This document shows positions 36,209-45,549 of a stretch of 64,000 nucleotides of DNA, piece by piece (within the stretch, counting starts at the first letter, position 1; every line of letters begins with the position of its first letter). Made by a program: the position numbers and the translations under genes. Source of the stretch: a virus; IMG/VR virus record IMGVR_UViG_3300023443_000190, positions 8,564 to 72,563 of that record. One strand, given 5' to 3'. The notes under the pieces were generated by a model. It saw only the letters and a list, made by a program, of their open reading frames with translations. It searched no databases and was not told where the DNA came from.

Positions 36209-36851
36209 GATTGTGGAACTTCTTCAGCCGTTCGTAATCTTCAGTCTCCCGACCCAGACCTAAGAACGGAGACAAAGTATAAAACCTGATCCCGTAATGA
36301 TCAGTCAACTTATCTCTCACAATAGAAGAACATTCGTAGTATTCGTCGTAGATGTCCTGTGGTGAGAGACCGTGTCGCCTGACATGCTGCTCGTGGGCGT
36401 GATGATCTCCTCCAAACGAGTTCATGTCACATCCGACGAGAATGGCCGTCTTACAGCCCATTTTGGCAGCCAGGCACATTGCTGTCGCCTGAATGCCACG
36501 ACCGCAGTAAAGGCGGTTATCTTCTGAGGTGAGCGGGGAATAGTCGTGAAGGTCTTTGTTGCTTGTGAAGATACAGACATCGGGATCGTTTTCCTTGAGT
36601 CGCCTGCTCCATGAGTCGGGCGGGCCTTTTGCTTTGGTAATCCATGAGTCGGATTTTATGCTTCCTTCTGGTATTATTTCAGGGTGAATTGTCAGATGAA
36701 ACTTAGTCTTAAAATGGCGGTAAGACTGATTCAATCCAATCGACCTTCTGTTACGAAAAAAGTGAGGATCAAATACGCGAAGGGACGGCCCTGTACCGAT
36801 TATGTAGCAGGTTTGACCCTCCCATCCACCATGCAATGAAGTCACTTTCAT
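36144..36851 (-). CDS. Maf/DUF115 (CstII-fold-like) protein 2
   Basis: CYIIGTGPSL, SIGLNQS, AMCLAAKMGCKTAILVGCDM. Confidence 0.75.
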   Translation of the reverse strand: MKVTSLHGGWEGQTCYIIGTGPSLRVFDPHFFRNRRSIGLNQSYRHFKTKFHLTIHPEIIPEGSIKSDSWITKAKGPPDSWSRRLKENDPDVCIFTSNKDLHDYSPLTSEDNRLYCGRGIQATAMCLAAKMGCKTAILVGCDMNSFGGDHHAHEQHVRRHGLSPQDIYDEYYECSSIVRDKLTDHYGIRFYTLSPFLGLGRETEDYERLKKFHNLDGFPEPEDTSGYVRERDYSE

Positions 36852-37456
36852 AATCCATACTTCTCCTTAAACGCAGCCTTATCAGCCGCAATCAACTCCC
36901 CTCGATTTGGACACAGCTTCTTATTGTGGGCAGTCTTATGACCGAGATGTTTGAGAGGTAAATCGACTTGACATAATGAACCGCCTTCTTTCAAGGCTCT
37001 GATCTGAAAGTCGGTGTCTTGGAAGTAGAGTTTGAACCGTTCGTCGAATCCGCCGAGTTTTGTCCAAAGCGATTTGCTGAAGCAAAGGAACCAGCCTTGA
37101 AGCAGTTTGCGACCCTCATAAAGAGGTTCACGCCTTTTCTTCGCCCCGACGATTTCGTTTTCAGATTTTGGATTGCATAGATCAATGAATTTTCCTTTGC
37201 AGATTATGTCGTTATTCATAAGGATTATGTTTTTGCGATTAGACAGCCTTATTCCAAGGTTCCAAGCAGCAGTCAGTCCTCGCTTGTCGTTTTTGATAGC
37301 AAACACATTCTTTGCGATCACCTTAGAGTAATAATCTTGGCTTGGCCCATCATCTATTATAAAAATATCAACATCACGTTCGTGTTTTCTGATTCCTTCA
37401 ATCAGACTTATTGTTAAATCATCGTTTCCTCGCTGTGGTATCACAATCGTCGTCAT
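36848..37456 (-). CDS. GT2-family glycosyltransferase
   Basis: IVIP, IIDDG, GLTAAWNLG, ILMNNDI, GGFDERFKLYFQDTDF. Confidence 0.9.
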   Translation of the reverse strand: MTTIVIPQRGNDDLTISLIEGIRKHERDVDIFIIDDGPSQDYYSKVIAKNVFAIKNDKRGLTAAWNLGIRLSNRKNIILMNNDIICKGKFIDLCNPKSENEIVGAKKRREPLYEGRKLLQGWFLCFSKSLWTKLGGFDERFKLYFQDTDFQIRALKEGGSLCQVDLPLKHLGHKTAHNKKLCPNRGELIAADKAAFKEKYGL

Positions 37457-38604
37457 CCTATTTCATCCACCTTCATTTCGCGGTTCAGTTCGAGAGCCTT
37501 TTGAGCAATCGGATCAGGCTTTTTCTCCGGTTCTTCTTTCCCACCTTTATCAAGCACACCCCTACCGTAGATGTCCATGTCTTTGTGAAATGGAAGTCCT
37601 TCGTCCGGCTTTGGCTCGACTGTTAATCGTCCCGACGTATACTCTTCTAACACATTCCCTACCTGTTTGTCAATAGCATTTGCAGCTTCCACTTCGGTCA
37701 TGTAAGGGAAGAACGCATTCAGTCTGGAATTTGGCGTACAGGAAACAATCTTCACGCCGTTTAACGAATGGTTTCTTCGCGACAATCTGAGGTATTGGAT
37801 TCGATCCCAATAATGAACGTCGGTTGTAACAGCCGAACTGAACCGCTTAACTTCTTCGCAGCCATACTGGGCTTCGCGTTCGACGGCTTCCATTGCTGCG
37901 GCGACTTCTTCGTTGTCTTTTCCAATACCTTTCGCCTTACACATATCCCTGAAATCGATCAGGCGATCAGACCAGTAGCATTCAGGTTGCTTTTCGCCAG
38001 TCTGTTTCTCAAACTTGACTTGTCCATTCTCATACTCCACGCCTTTTTTGCGAGCCAAATCTATTTGTGCCTGACTTGGTCTCACAATCATATCCACACC
38101 GACGCAGTAGAAAGTACGAAACCCCAACTGAAAACAGATATCAATGGCTTGGATAAAGCTATCCAGAACATTCAGAATGGATTTGGCTTTGATGTCAAAG
38201 AAGTGTTCGTAATAACGGTGTTCCACATCGACAAAGAACGTATTCGGGCAATCGCACATTTTGTACGAGGTACCAGGAACCAAGTCTAAATGCTTTCCGC
38301 CTTTGAGAAACTTGGTAATCGAACTGTCCTTGAACATCGTCCCGAACCAACGAGGGGTCGGATCATAGCTTGTCCAGAAAGTTGGCTTGATTAAATAACC
38401 TTCACCGTCACGTCCTCTGCCTGCGTAGTTCATTGCCATTTTGCAGGCTGGTGATCTTTGGACGATCTCCGTATCAATTGATCGGATGCCTGGCCCAGCA
38501 CCTACGATCCAGACGGATGAGGCTTCAGTTCCGGCATATTGATTTTTGAATTGTTCCGAGCAGTCGTATTTACGTTTATCCGTAGTGCATCTGTAAAAGA
38601 GCAT
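37453..38604 (-). CDS. Maf/DUF115 (CstII-fold-like) protein 1, 383 aa
   Basis: VWIVGAGPG, KMAMN, DSFIQAIDICFQLGFRTFYCVGVDM; start MLFYRC just after the Ser-rich gene. Confidence 0.72.
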   Translation of the reverse strand: MLFYRCTTDKRKYDCSEQFKNQYAGTEASSVWIVGAGPGIRSIDTEIVQRSPACKMAMNYAGRGRDGEGYLIKPTFWTSYDPTPRWFGTMFKDSSITKFLKGGKHLDLVPGTSYKMCDCPNTFFVDVEHRYYEHFFDIKAKSILNVLDSFIQAIDICFQLGFRTFYCVGVDMIVRPSQAQIDLARKKGVEYENGQVKFEKQTGEKQPECYWSDRLIDFRDMCKAKGIGKDNEEVAAAMEAVEREAQYGCEEVKRFSSAVTTDVHYWDRIQYLRLSRRNHSLNGVKIVSCTPNSRLNAFFPYMTEVEAANAIDKQVGNVLEEYTSGRLTVEPKPDEGLPFHKDMDIYGRGVLDKGGKEEPEKKPDPIAQKALELNREMKVDEIG

Positions 38605-38623
38605 CCATTCCCCCGAATTGATC

Positions 38624-40417
38624 TTATGGTGGTTCTGTGGCTTCTTTATCGCTACTGGCCGCCGACGAACTTGCGGCTGAAGAACTTGCGGCTGAAGATG
38701 GTGCAGCCGAACTCGCCCGTGACGATTCCAGACGACTTTGGGAAGCCGCCGAAGACGCCGCCGACTTGTCAGCCGAAGAATCTGCCGATGATTGTATGCG
38801 ATCTGAGCTGTCGCCACTAGATTGAACCAGATCGGAGCTATCGCCACTGGATTTTTTAGCTGAACTATCTGCCGATGATTGAATCTGATCCGAACTTAAT
38901 CCCGAAGATGCAACCAGATCAGAACTTGCTGCCGATGATGCCTGATCCGAACTCAACGCAGATGATACTGCGCCAGAACTTGCCGCCGACGACGCTCGAT
39001 CCGAACTTAATGCCGACGACGCAAGTGCGTCCGAACTTAATGCCGAACTGCGAGCCGAACTGGCTGCGGAAGAGGCAAGTGCGTCCGAACTTCTCGCTGA
39101 AGAATCCGCAGATGATTTATCGGAACTGGCACCAGATGCACTCAATGCACTCGACACGGCGCCCGAACTTCTTATAGAGGATTCGTCTATTGTAGAATGC
39201 TGAGAATCCCGAGACTCGCTAGGAGGATCTTCGCCGTCGCCCAAATCGTCTGGATCGGGTATCTCCCATCTCTGGTTTTCGGGAGCATTGGGAAACTGCA
39301 AGTCTTCCGGTCCAATCGTAATGTCGAAGATTGGCTTATGATCGAATTGAACTCTGATTCTGTCGAATTGACCGTTCGCAATCAGATTAGCGTTTCTGTC
39401 AAGCAAACGAATCCAGCCCAAATGCGGAAGCGGAAATATCCCATCGTATTCCACGCGAAACGTATATCGGACTGTGGCTTGTGCAAACTGAGAAAAGAAG
39501 AAACTCTGGAAGTTTACTGCATCGTGATTCCGCCTGATTTCTGGAGCGAATATCTCGATTACCCTTTCACCGTGCAACGCAATAGAAGGAATATGCTTGA
39601 AATTCCATCGTGACCTGTAAGGGTTGACTGCTCCACCGTAAATATATCCCCCAGTCAACAACATCCGGTTGAAAAGAAGGCTTCGATCTTGCTGTTGGGT
39701 AAGATTTCTGGCGTTCACCCCTTCCTGATACGAAGCAATTGTCGAGAATCTTCTGTTGATGAAATAGAGCTGGCCGAATTCATTGACGCCAACACTCATC
39801 ATACGGGCAATAGAAGAAAGCCTTCTGTAAAGTTCGGCAACCGACTCTTCGCCTCTGACCACCATTGACTGAAAACCGGACAAAATAGGCGGTGATTCAA
39901 TCGATCCAATCACAACATGCGTTTGGGCAGCGACATATCGATCGAACAACAATTTTACGACAGATTCCGGTTGGCCGACTGTATCGACGGTCTGAAAGGT
40001 ATGGTCGGGATCGTTCGGAAAATAATCTGAGTTCGCAAATCTATGCGGTTTCCCGCTGCCAGCATTTGCAAATGCGCCTGGAAACACTTCACCCAATTCC
40101 GCCCACATACCCTGTAAGCTGATCTGGGCACCTTTCGGCGAGGAATGGTCAACGTTTTCGACTCGACCGAAATACCATCTCGTTCCCGCCGTAAACTCGA
40201 AAGCGATCCAGTCGCCAATCTGAACGTCATTTCGATCTGCAAAGCTGTCTCTTAGCGTAATACTTCCAGCCCCGTCGCCTCCCATCCTTAGCTTTTCAAA
40301 CCAAGCATCCGTAACCCGACTGTTACCACCCTTTTCGCTTAGGACTTGCTTGAGCGTAACGGTATCGTTGAAGAAGTGCAGGATTCTGCGTTGATATAAA
40401 CTTGAGTCCCAAGGCAT
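38624..40417 (-). CDS. Tail hub/tip protein with a Ser-rich C-terminal extension
   Basis: Position after TMP and Dit-like genes; ~400-aa globular N-terminus then low-complexity tail. Confidence 0.75.
   Translation of the reverse strand: MPWDSSLYQRRILHFFNDTVTLKQVLSEKGGNSRVTDAWFEKLRMGGDGAGSITLRDSFADRNDVQIGDWIAFEFTAGTRWYFGRVENVDHSSPKGAQISLQGMWAELGEVFPGAFANAGSGKPHRFANSDYFPNDPDHTFQTVDTVGQPESVVKLLFDRYVAAQTHVVIGSIESPPILSGFQSMVVRGEESVAELYRRLSSIARMMSVGVNEFGQLYFINRRFSTIASYQEGVNARNLTQQQDRSLLFNRMLLTGGYIYGGAVNPYRSRWNFKHIPSIALHGERVIEIFAPEIRRNHDAVNFQSFFFSQFAQATVRYTFRVEYDGIFPLPHLGWIRLLDRNANLIANGQFDRIRVQFDHKPIFDITIGPEDLQFPNAPENQRWEIPDPDDLGDGEDPPSESRDSQHSTIDESSIRSSGAVSSALSASGASSDKSSADSSARSSDALASSAASSARSSALSSDALASSALSSDRASSAASSGAVSSALSSDQASSAASSDLVASSGLSSDQIQSSADSSAKKSSGDSSDLVQSSGDSSDRIQSSADSSADKSAASSAASQSRLESSRASSAAPSSAASSSAASSSAASSDKEATEPP
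38651..39220 (-). repeat. Ser-rich coding repeat (SS dipeptide every 4-6 aa)
   Basis: About 83 Ser in 190 aa by manual count; units such as SSAASS, SSADSS, SSGDSS; synonymous codons diverged. Confidence 0.92.
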
Positions 40418-40879
40418 TTAGTCTCCTGGCGCCGTCGAGAACATATTGGGATTTTCTGCCACTATGTCACAGGAATAAGTTGGTTCGGCTCGATCATTGT
40501 CTCCGTAACCGAAAACCAGATTCTCTGCATAGCAAGACTTGAAACTTCGGAAGGTTTCCGAAGGTGCGTCATTGAGAATAAAAGTCTGGTACTTATCGGA
40601 ATCCGTATCCACATTTAACAACACCTTCAGATTCTCAAATGCCGTCACGATATCGACATCCTCGAATATCTTTGTCTTTGCCGCATTCTTAACTAAAGCA
40701 CCTGCTATCGAAAACCGCATCGCATTCAGGCTGTGTCCTGTTGTTAAAATGCCGTCTGCCAAAGGGGTTTTTGACTTATGAACATCCCAGTCTATTGCAA
40801 GATTCAAAACCTTGGCAGGTGTGGGAAGTGCGGAGAACACACCATTCTTGAATATGCCTGGATTCCATGTGACAGCCAT
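40418..40879 (-). CDS. Distal tail (Dit-like) protein
   Basis: 153 aa directly after the TMP; synteny. Confidence 0.6.
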   Translation of the reverse strand: MAVTWNPGIFKNGVFSALPTPAKVLNLAIDWDVHKSKTPLADGILTTGHSLNAMRFSIAGALVKNAAKTKIFEDVDIVTAFENLKVLLNVDTDSDKYQTFILNDAPSETFRSFKSCYAENLVFGYGDNDRAEPTYSCDIVAENPNMFSTAPGD

Positions 40880-43800
40880 TAGCTTACAGTTCCCCTCTTG
40901 CCAGCCCGACCTCTTCTCATTCGACTTGCACTTACCTCGCGCGTCACTAAGCTGGCGATTTCCTGTGGGTTTACTTCCCCGTTGAAGTTCTGGATGATGT
41001 TTCCGATCTGACTGGAGTTGTCGGTGTTATCGATGTTTGTAGCACGGATATTTCCACCTTGCTGGCGCGACTGGCCTACTGGGCCGAACAGGAAGTTTGC
41101 ACCATTCTGTTTGAAGTTATCCCAGAACTGTCGTCTGCGTTCGATGTCCTGAAGACGTCTTTGTTTTCTTTGTTCCCCAGTTCCGAATTGCAGTTTTCGC
41201 TGTTGGATGTTCTGAAGGCGTCCTTTGCGTTCTTTATCTGCAAAGTCGAAGTCGATTCGGTTCCTGTGAGCATCGATTACACCCTGCCTTTGGACTGCTC
41301 GGTCGGCACGAATCTTTTGTCTTTCCTCATCTGTAATGGGAGGCCTTCTTATTCGTGGTCTTTTTGCAACGACCGGGCCTCCAGCCACTCCTCCGACTCC
41401 AGCAATCGCAGCCGCCCCAAATGCACCGCCGGCGCCACCGCCGACTGCCGCTAATTGCATTTTAGCAGCTTGTAATTGAATCTGTGCCGCAGACATTTGA
41501 ATCTGACCTGCACCCCGACGTGTAAAGATACGTTCGATCTCTTCCTGTGTCCTTTGGGCTGCCTGAAGGAATTTGAATGCAGAGTTCAGGTTTTGATTGG
41601 CAGCACTACGCTGGAATTCTAATTGCTGCCTTTGTTTCAATGCGGCGACTTGTTGTTCGGGTTTTCCAGCCGCACCAGCCGCTCTTGCTTCGCCCGTCAA
41701 TTGTAATAATCTTCCACGAACGATGCCCCGTTCTCGTGACTTGCCAATTCTACCAAAGAATCTTTCTATGTTTTTGTCCTGTCCTCCACCAAGCCCACGA
41801 AATCTCGCAAATTGTTTCGCGCGGCCTTGCTGTTGTTCCGTCACTTTTGCTGCGAATCCCAACCTTGCCCCGAATATGCTGGCAGCAAAACCAGACTTGC
41901 TGGCTGCAAGTTGTCGATCGAGTCTTTCGGCATCTCTCGCCGCATCTCGTGTTGCTTTCTTTGTATCTTGTGCCGCTTTATTTTGCGTCTTTAACTGCTT
42001 TTTTAGGCTTTCTTCGGTCCTGAGGATTACACGAAGTTTATTTTCAAGTGCGACCGACTCATCCTCAAATTGTTTTTTTATTAGAACGCCAATCTGAAAT
42101 TTTCTTTCTAAAGCACGCTTTTCTTCCGCCAAAGCCCTTTTCTTTTCTTGTTCTTCGAACTGAAGCAGTTGAATCTTTCCAGCCGACTTAGCCTCAAACC
42201 TAGCCTCTATTTTTGATAAACCGACTCGCTCACGAATGAATTTACCGCGACGTTCTTCCTCTTTCTCAATAGCGCGTTTCTCAGCCCTCAATTTTTTGAA
42301 TGCCCTAAATAATGGAGCTACATTCTCCTGAAATTTCTCCTTCGCAATGTTTTGTAGATCAATGTCTCCCGCAGCAACAGCTATTCGCTGTTCTAAGAGA
42401 GATCGTTGTTCCCCAATTCGGCCTTTTACTCCAGTCAGTCTCTTTCGTACATCAAACTTCTTTCCGGCAAACCCCTTCAGTCCTGCGCGGGCTTCTCCTG
42501 TAAATAATCTCTCTATGCGCCTTGCCGATCCTTCTATTAGTCGAAAACCCCTCATTTCTCTGCTAAGGTTTTTGAATACATTCTGTACATTGCCAAGAGC
42601 TAATTCCAGTTTTGCCATCTCTTCTGATTCTGCCTCTGTGTCTACGCTAAGTTTTTTGAGTTCCTTTTGCAGATCTTTGATATTCTGAATTGCAGGTGCA
42701 AAGTTTTTATCTAATTTTTTTGGGTCGCCAAGCAAGTTTCCAAAGAATCCACGCTCGACGTCAACAAATTCCCCTTGACGACCGGCTTCAATAATGGCTT
42801 TATTACGCGCCTCTATCGCTTGTTTTAGCTGTGCCACATCTCTTTTTAGACCTGGCGTCACGGGCTTGAATTTTTCCCTTGCCCTTCTAGTTTCAACTTT
42901 AGTGCGAGCAGCTTCTAGCGTCGCCTCCTTATCGAATAACGATTCCAGTGCTGCCTGTCGAGATGATGCAGAGCCGCGACGAAACAACTGGGTTTTACGA
43001 ATTTTTATCTCTCTCTGAATAGTTGTAATTTTTCCTCTGGCAGTCTCGATGTCTTCCCTTTTAAGAAATATCTTTGTGGCGCCTTCTCGTTCAGAAGCTT
43101 CGCGAATCTTTCTGAGTCTTGACAATCGCTCATTCACTAATTTTATGCTGTTCGCAGTTTCTTTAGCTGTCTTCGATGCCTTCGACATACTAAATGCCAT
43201 AGTTCCAAAAGAGGCGGCGGCTAATCCAACCAATGCTATAATTCCACCTTTCCCTCCGAACTGTGCTGCCAGAAAAGCGATATTGTTTGATGCCCCTCGA
43301 AATCCTGCAAAGGAAAAGTCCTCAATAGCTTGCTGAACCTGAAATATGCTTTGTGTTGCCTTGCTGCTACGCTTGGACAATATATTCTGTTCTCTTTGTC
43401 TTTCTGCTCGCTGTGCAGGAGTTAAGCCAGTGCCACCAACGCCGCCAACGCCAACACCGCCTCCCCCAGCACCTCTTCTAGTACCAAGAGCAGACGCTAG
43501 ATGAGCGCGAGCCGCAGATTTTCTTCTCGCTTCGACAATTTGTATCTGTTTTATTTCAGCTCGCCTGCGCTTATTTAAGGAGGTCTTCTCAAGACGTTCA
43601 ATCTCATTGAACATCGACCGTGACGAAGCAATGCGATTGCCTCTCAATTTTTGATTCGCTCTGTTTTCCTCGGAAACCCTCTTTTCAAGTGCCTTTTTTT
43701 CGAGCTGGCGTATTTTATTGATCGTACTTTTTGCGGCTGTAAATCGCTTTTTGACACTACTGATTAAGTTTCTGTCAGCTTTAGCCGCGTCCCGCTTATC

Positions 43801-43983
43801 CTGACCAAAGATCGTGACGCCCTTGGATATTTCCTTTAATCGTTTCAGTGCCTTTTCGCTGATTTCGATGCGAGTTTTAAGTGGCTTTTGGACTATTTTC
43901 TCAACATCTTTACGGAACTTCTCCGCCTGCTTTTTGGCCTCAGCAGTAGAGATGGTCAGTTTGGCCTTGAGTTCGCCCATCAC
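40879..43983 (-). CDS. Tail tape measure protein, 1034 aa
   Basis: Long helical Ala/Gln/Lys/Arg-rich ORF; IFQVQQAIEDF..AGFRGASNNIAFLA TMP-like motif. Confidence 0.88.
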   Translation of the reverse strand: MMGELKAKLTISTAEAKKQAEKFRKDVEKIVQKPLKTRIEISEKALKRLKEISKGVTIFGQDKRDAAKADRNLISSVKKRFTAAKSTINKIRQLEKKALEKRVSEENRANQKLRGNRIASSRSMFNEIERLEKTSLNKRRRAEIKQIQIVEARRKSAARAHLASALGTRRGAGGGGVGVGGVGGTGLTPAQRAERQREQNILSKRSSKATQSIFQVQQAIEDFSFAGFRGASNNIAFLAAQFGGKGGIIALVGLAAASFGTMAFSMSKASKTAKETANSIKLVNERLSRLRKIREASEREGATKIFLKREDIETARGKITTIQREIKIRKTQLFRRGSASSRQAALESLFDKEATLEAARTKVETRRAREKFKPVTPGLKRDVAQLKQAIEARNKAIIEAGRQGEFVDVERGFFGNLLGDPKKLDKNFAPAIQNIKDLQKELKKLSVDTEAESEEMAKLELALGNVQNVFKNLSREMRGFRLIEGSARRIERLFTGEARAGLKGFAGKKFDVRKRLTGVKGRIGEQRSLLEQRIAVAAGDIDLQNIAKEKFQENVAPLFRAFKKLRAEKRAIEKEEERRGKFIRERVGLSKIEARFEAKSAGKIQLLQFEEQEKKRALAEEKRALERKFQIGVLIKKQFEDESVALENKLRVILRTEESLKKQLKTQNKAAQDTKKATRDAARDAERLDRQLAASKSGFAASIFGARLGFAAKVTEQQQGRAKQFARFRGLGGGQDKNIERFFGRIGKSRERGIVRGRLLQLTGEARAAGAAGKPEQQVAALKQRQQLEFQRSAANQNLNSAFKFLQAAQRTQEEIERIFTRRGAGQIQMSAAQIQLQAAKMQLAAVGGGAGGAFGAAAIAGVGGVAGGPVVAKRPRIRRPPITDEERQKIRADRAVQRQGVIDAHRNRIDFDFADKERKGRLQNIQQRKLQFGTGEQRKQRRLQDIERRRQFWDNFKQNGANFLFGPVGQSRQQGGNIRATNIDNTDNSSQIGNIIQNFNGEVNPQEIASLVTREVSASRMRRGRAGKRGTVS

Positions 43984-44020
43984 ATATTCTCATAAAAATT
44001 GGTTTGTGTCTCACTTGCTG

Positions 44021-44049
44021 TTGACAAATTGTTTTGAACCTGTTATGAT
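44021..44049 (+). promoter_or_regulatory. Near-consensus sigma70 promoter pointing into the IS element
   Basis: TTGACA-17-TATGAT. Confidence 0.7.
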
Positions 44050-44406
44050 AGACTTTACTTACCCAATCTTTGGTAGTGATGTCATTTCAGGCCGCCCAAA
44101 AAATAAAATAAATAAAGATTTCTTGGGTGTCGATTGTAGCGTCTGTGTAATTGCTGCCAAGGTCAAATTTGATAGCACCCCCCATGAATATATTTTCGCT
44201 TTTTGCGGTGATTTCGTCTGGCCAACGACGGTATCGAGTGTCAGTCTCCAAATTCGGATCGATAAAGCGACCGCGCGCATCCGAAATCCCCGATCACTCC
44301 GCTGGCTTGCGAGAATGGGCCAGTACAACTGGTACGCGGTCAATCGGGCGGGAACCCTTCCACGGTCACTGCCGAGCCTTCACGCCACAAATATGGGGCG
44401 TTTTTG

Positions 44407-44526
44407 GACACCGGCCACCATTCCCGCTATCTATGATTCCGCTGACTTCCGGTTCTCGAACTTTAGTCAAAACCGGCGTTTGCCAAATTTTTCGCCAGTT
44501 AGGAAATCATAGATAGCGTTTTTTAT
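44407..44526 (+). ncRNA. Structured element E1 (candidate ncRNA or attenuator)
   Basis: 27-nt leader shared with E2; perfect 14-bp stem 44425-44438/44505-44518; T6 tract. Confidence 0.5.
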
Positions 44527-44569
44527 CGTTCCAAGTGGAAATTTTGCCATTTTTAAGGCTCCGTAAAAA

Positions 44570-44842
44570 GTGAAAACAATGGCCGAGTATGGTCTATTAA
44601 AATCATTTGATATCGATAGTGGTGAACTGAATGGGGCATCTCCGCAGCAGTGTTTTGTCTTGGGATATGAACTTTGTCAGATTGATCATATTTTGAGGTG
44701 TGATCTGCCAATTAGTCAACCAGTTCATGCAGAAAATCGAACAAGAATTATCCAAAGTTGCGAGGATTCAGGACGATACTATCGATTGACATGGATGACA
44801 GGAGATTTGTCAGAATCGTGGTTACTTTTAGAATGCGATTAA
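44570..44842 (+). CDS. Hypothetical passenger protein, ~90 aa
   Basis: Clean ORF between E1 and E2. Confidence 0.7.
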   Translation: MKTMAEYGLLKSFDIDSGELNGASPQQCFVLGYELCQIDHILRCDLPISQPVHAENRTRIIQSCEDSGRYYRLTWMTGDLSESWLLLECD

Positions 44843-44874
44843 ACTTTCACTCCACCCAATCAAGGATGGTTTCG

Positions 44875-45047
44875 GATACCGGCCACCATACCCGCTACCT
44901 ACACAGCACTGTTGACTTGCGGAGCGTTTGTCGCTGATTACAGCCAGCCTAGCGGTTCTGTTCAACCGCTGCTCCGTCGTGTACCAAAAAACCGAACAGA
45001 CACACTGTTCGGTTGCGCCAACGGGATACGTAGGTAGCGTTTTTTAT
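44875..45047 (+). ncRNA. Structured element E2 (paralog of E1)
   Basis: Shared leader; 10-bp closing stem 44893-44902/45030-45039; internal 7- and 10-bp hairpins; T6 tract. Confidence 0.5.
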
Positions 45048-45343
45048 TTCGTTAAGAACATCATAACAAAATTCAACAGTTCTAACTTGCTGAGTCTTTC
45101 AGGGAATAGCTGGAGTGCATCACCAAATAAACTTATACCATTGAAATGGGCCGGTCGATTGCAATAATATGAGATTGGCCGCCCGATTGCCAAAGTGCGA
45201 AGAAAGTAGGTTTTACGACCAACTTTCGATAGAAGCCATTGGGGGCGGCCTTCTTGTCTAAATGACGGCAAATTTTTACATTTGCTGTTTGAATTATATC
45301 GTAGGATCAATATAATTGCTGTTGACATTTTTGGTATGTTCAT
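45044..45343 (-). CDS. Possible hypothetical protein, 99 aa
   Basis: ORF fills the gap between E2 and E3; no motif, weak RBS. Confidence 0.3.
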   Translation of the reverse strand: MNIPKMSTAIILILRYNSNSKCKNLPSFRQEGRPQWLLSKVGRKTYFLRTLAIGRPISYYCNRPAHFNGISLFGDALQLFPERLSKLELLNFVMMFLTK

Positions 45344-45347
45344 CGCC

Positions 45348-45496
45348 CAATTGCAGAAGTGCGAAGGCTGAGACTATCCTGGCCAATTGGTTTAGTCATT
45401 GATGGCGGAAAGATGCCAGCTCCCTTGCCTATTTAGGGAGCATCGTTGGCATGTTTCTTTGCGCTCAATGACGGGCTTTCGCACGCCTTGCAATTG
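45348..45496. other. Long imperfect rod-like hairpin E3
   Basis: Nested helices CAATTGCA, GTGCGAAGGC, GTCATTGA, ATGCCA, GCTCCCT with their complements. Confidence 0.6.
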
Positions 45497-45549
45497 CGTA
45501 GAGCAGTTTGCGGCGGTGCTCCCGTTTTTATTGCGCAAGGAGAATATCG

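Noticed and set aside
38651-39220. CRISPR array or DGR variable repeat in the repetitive region
   Set aside because: Repeats are in-frame Ser/Ala codon degeneracy with no spacers; no cas or reverse transcriptase gene in the window.
44512-44899. TA-flanked MITE (GATAGCG...CGCTACC) around the 90-aa ORF
   Set aside because: Covariation pairs the ends within E1 and within E2, not across the ORF, so the MITE reading fits less well.
44407-45496. Canonical integron attC sites
   Set aside because: No RYYYAAC/GTTRRRY cores in the right positions and no integron integrase; kept only as an analogy.
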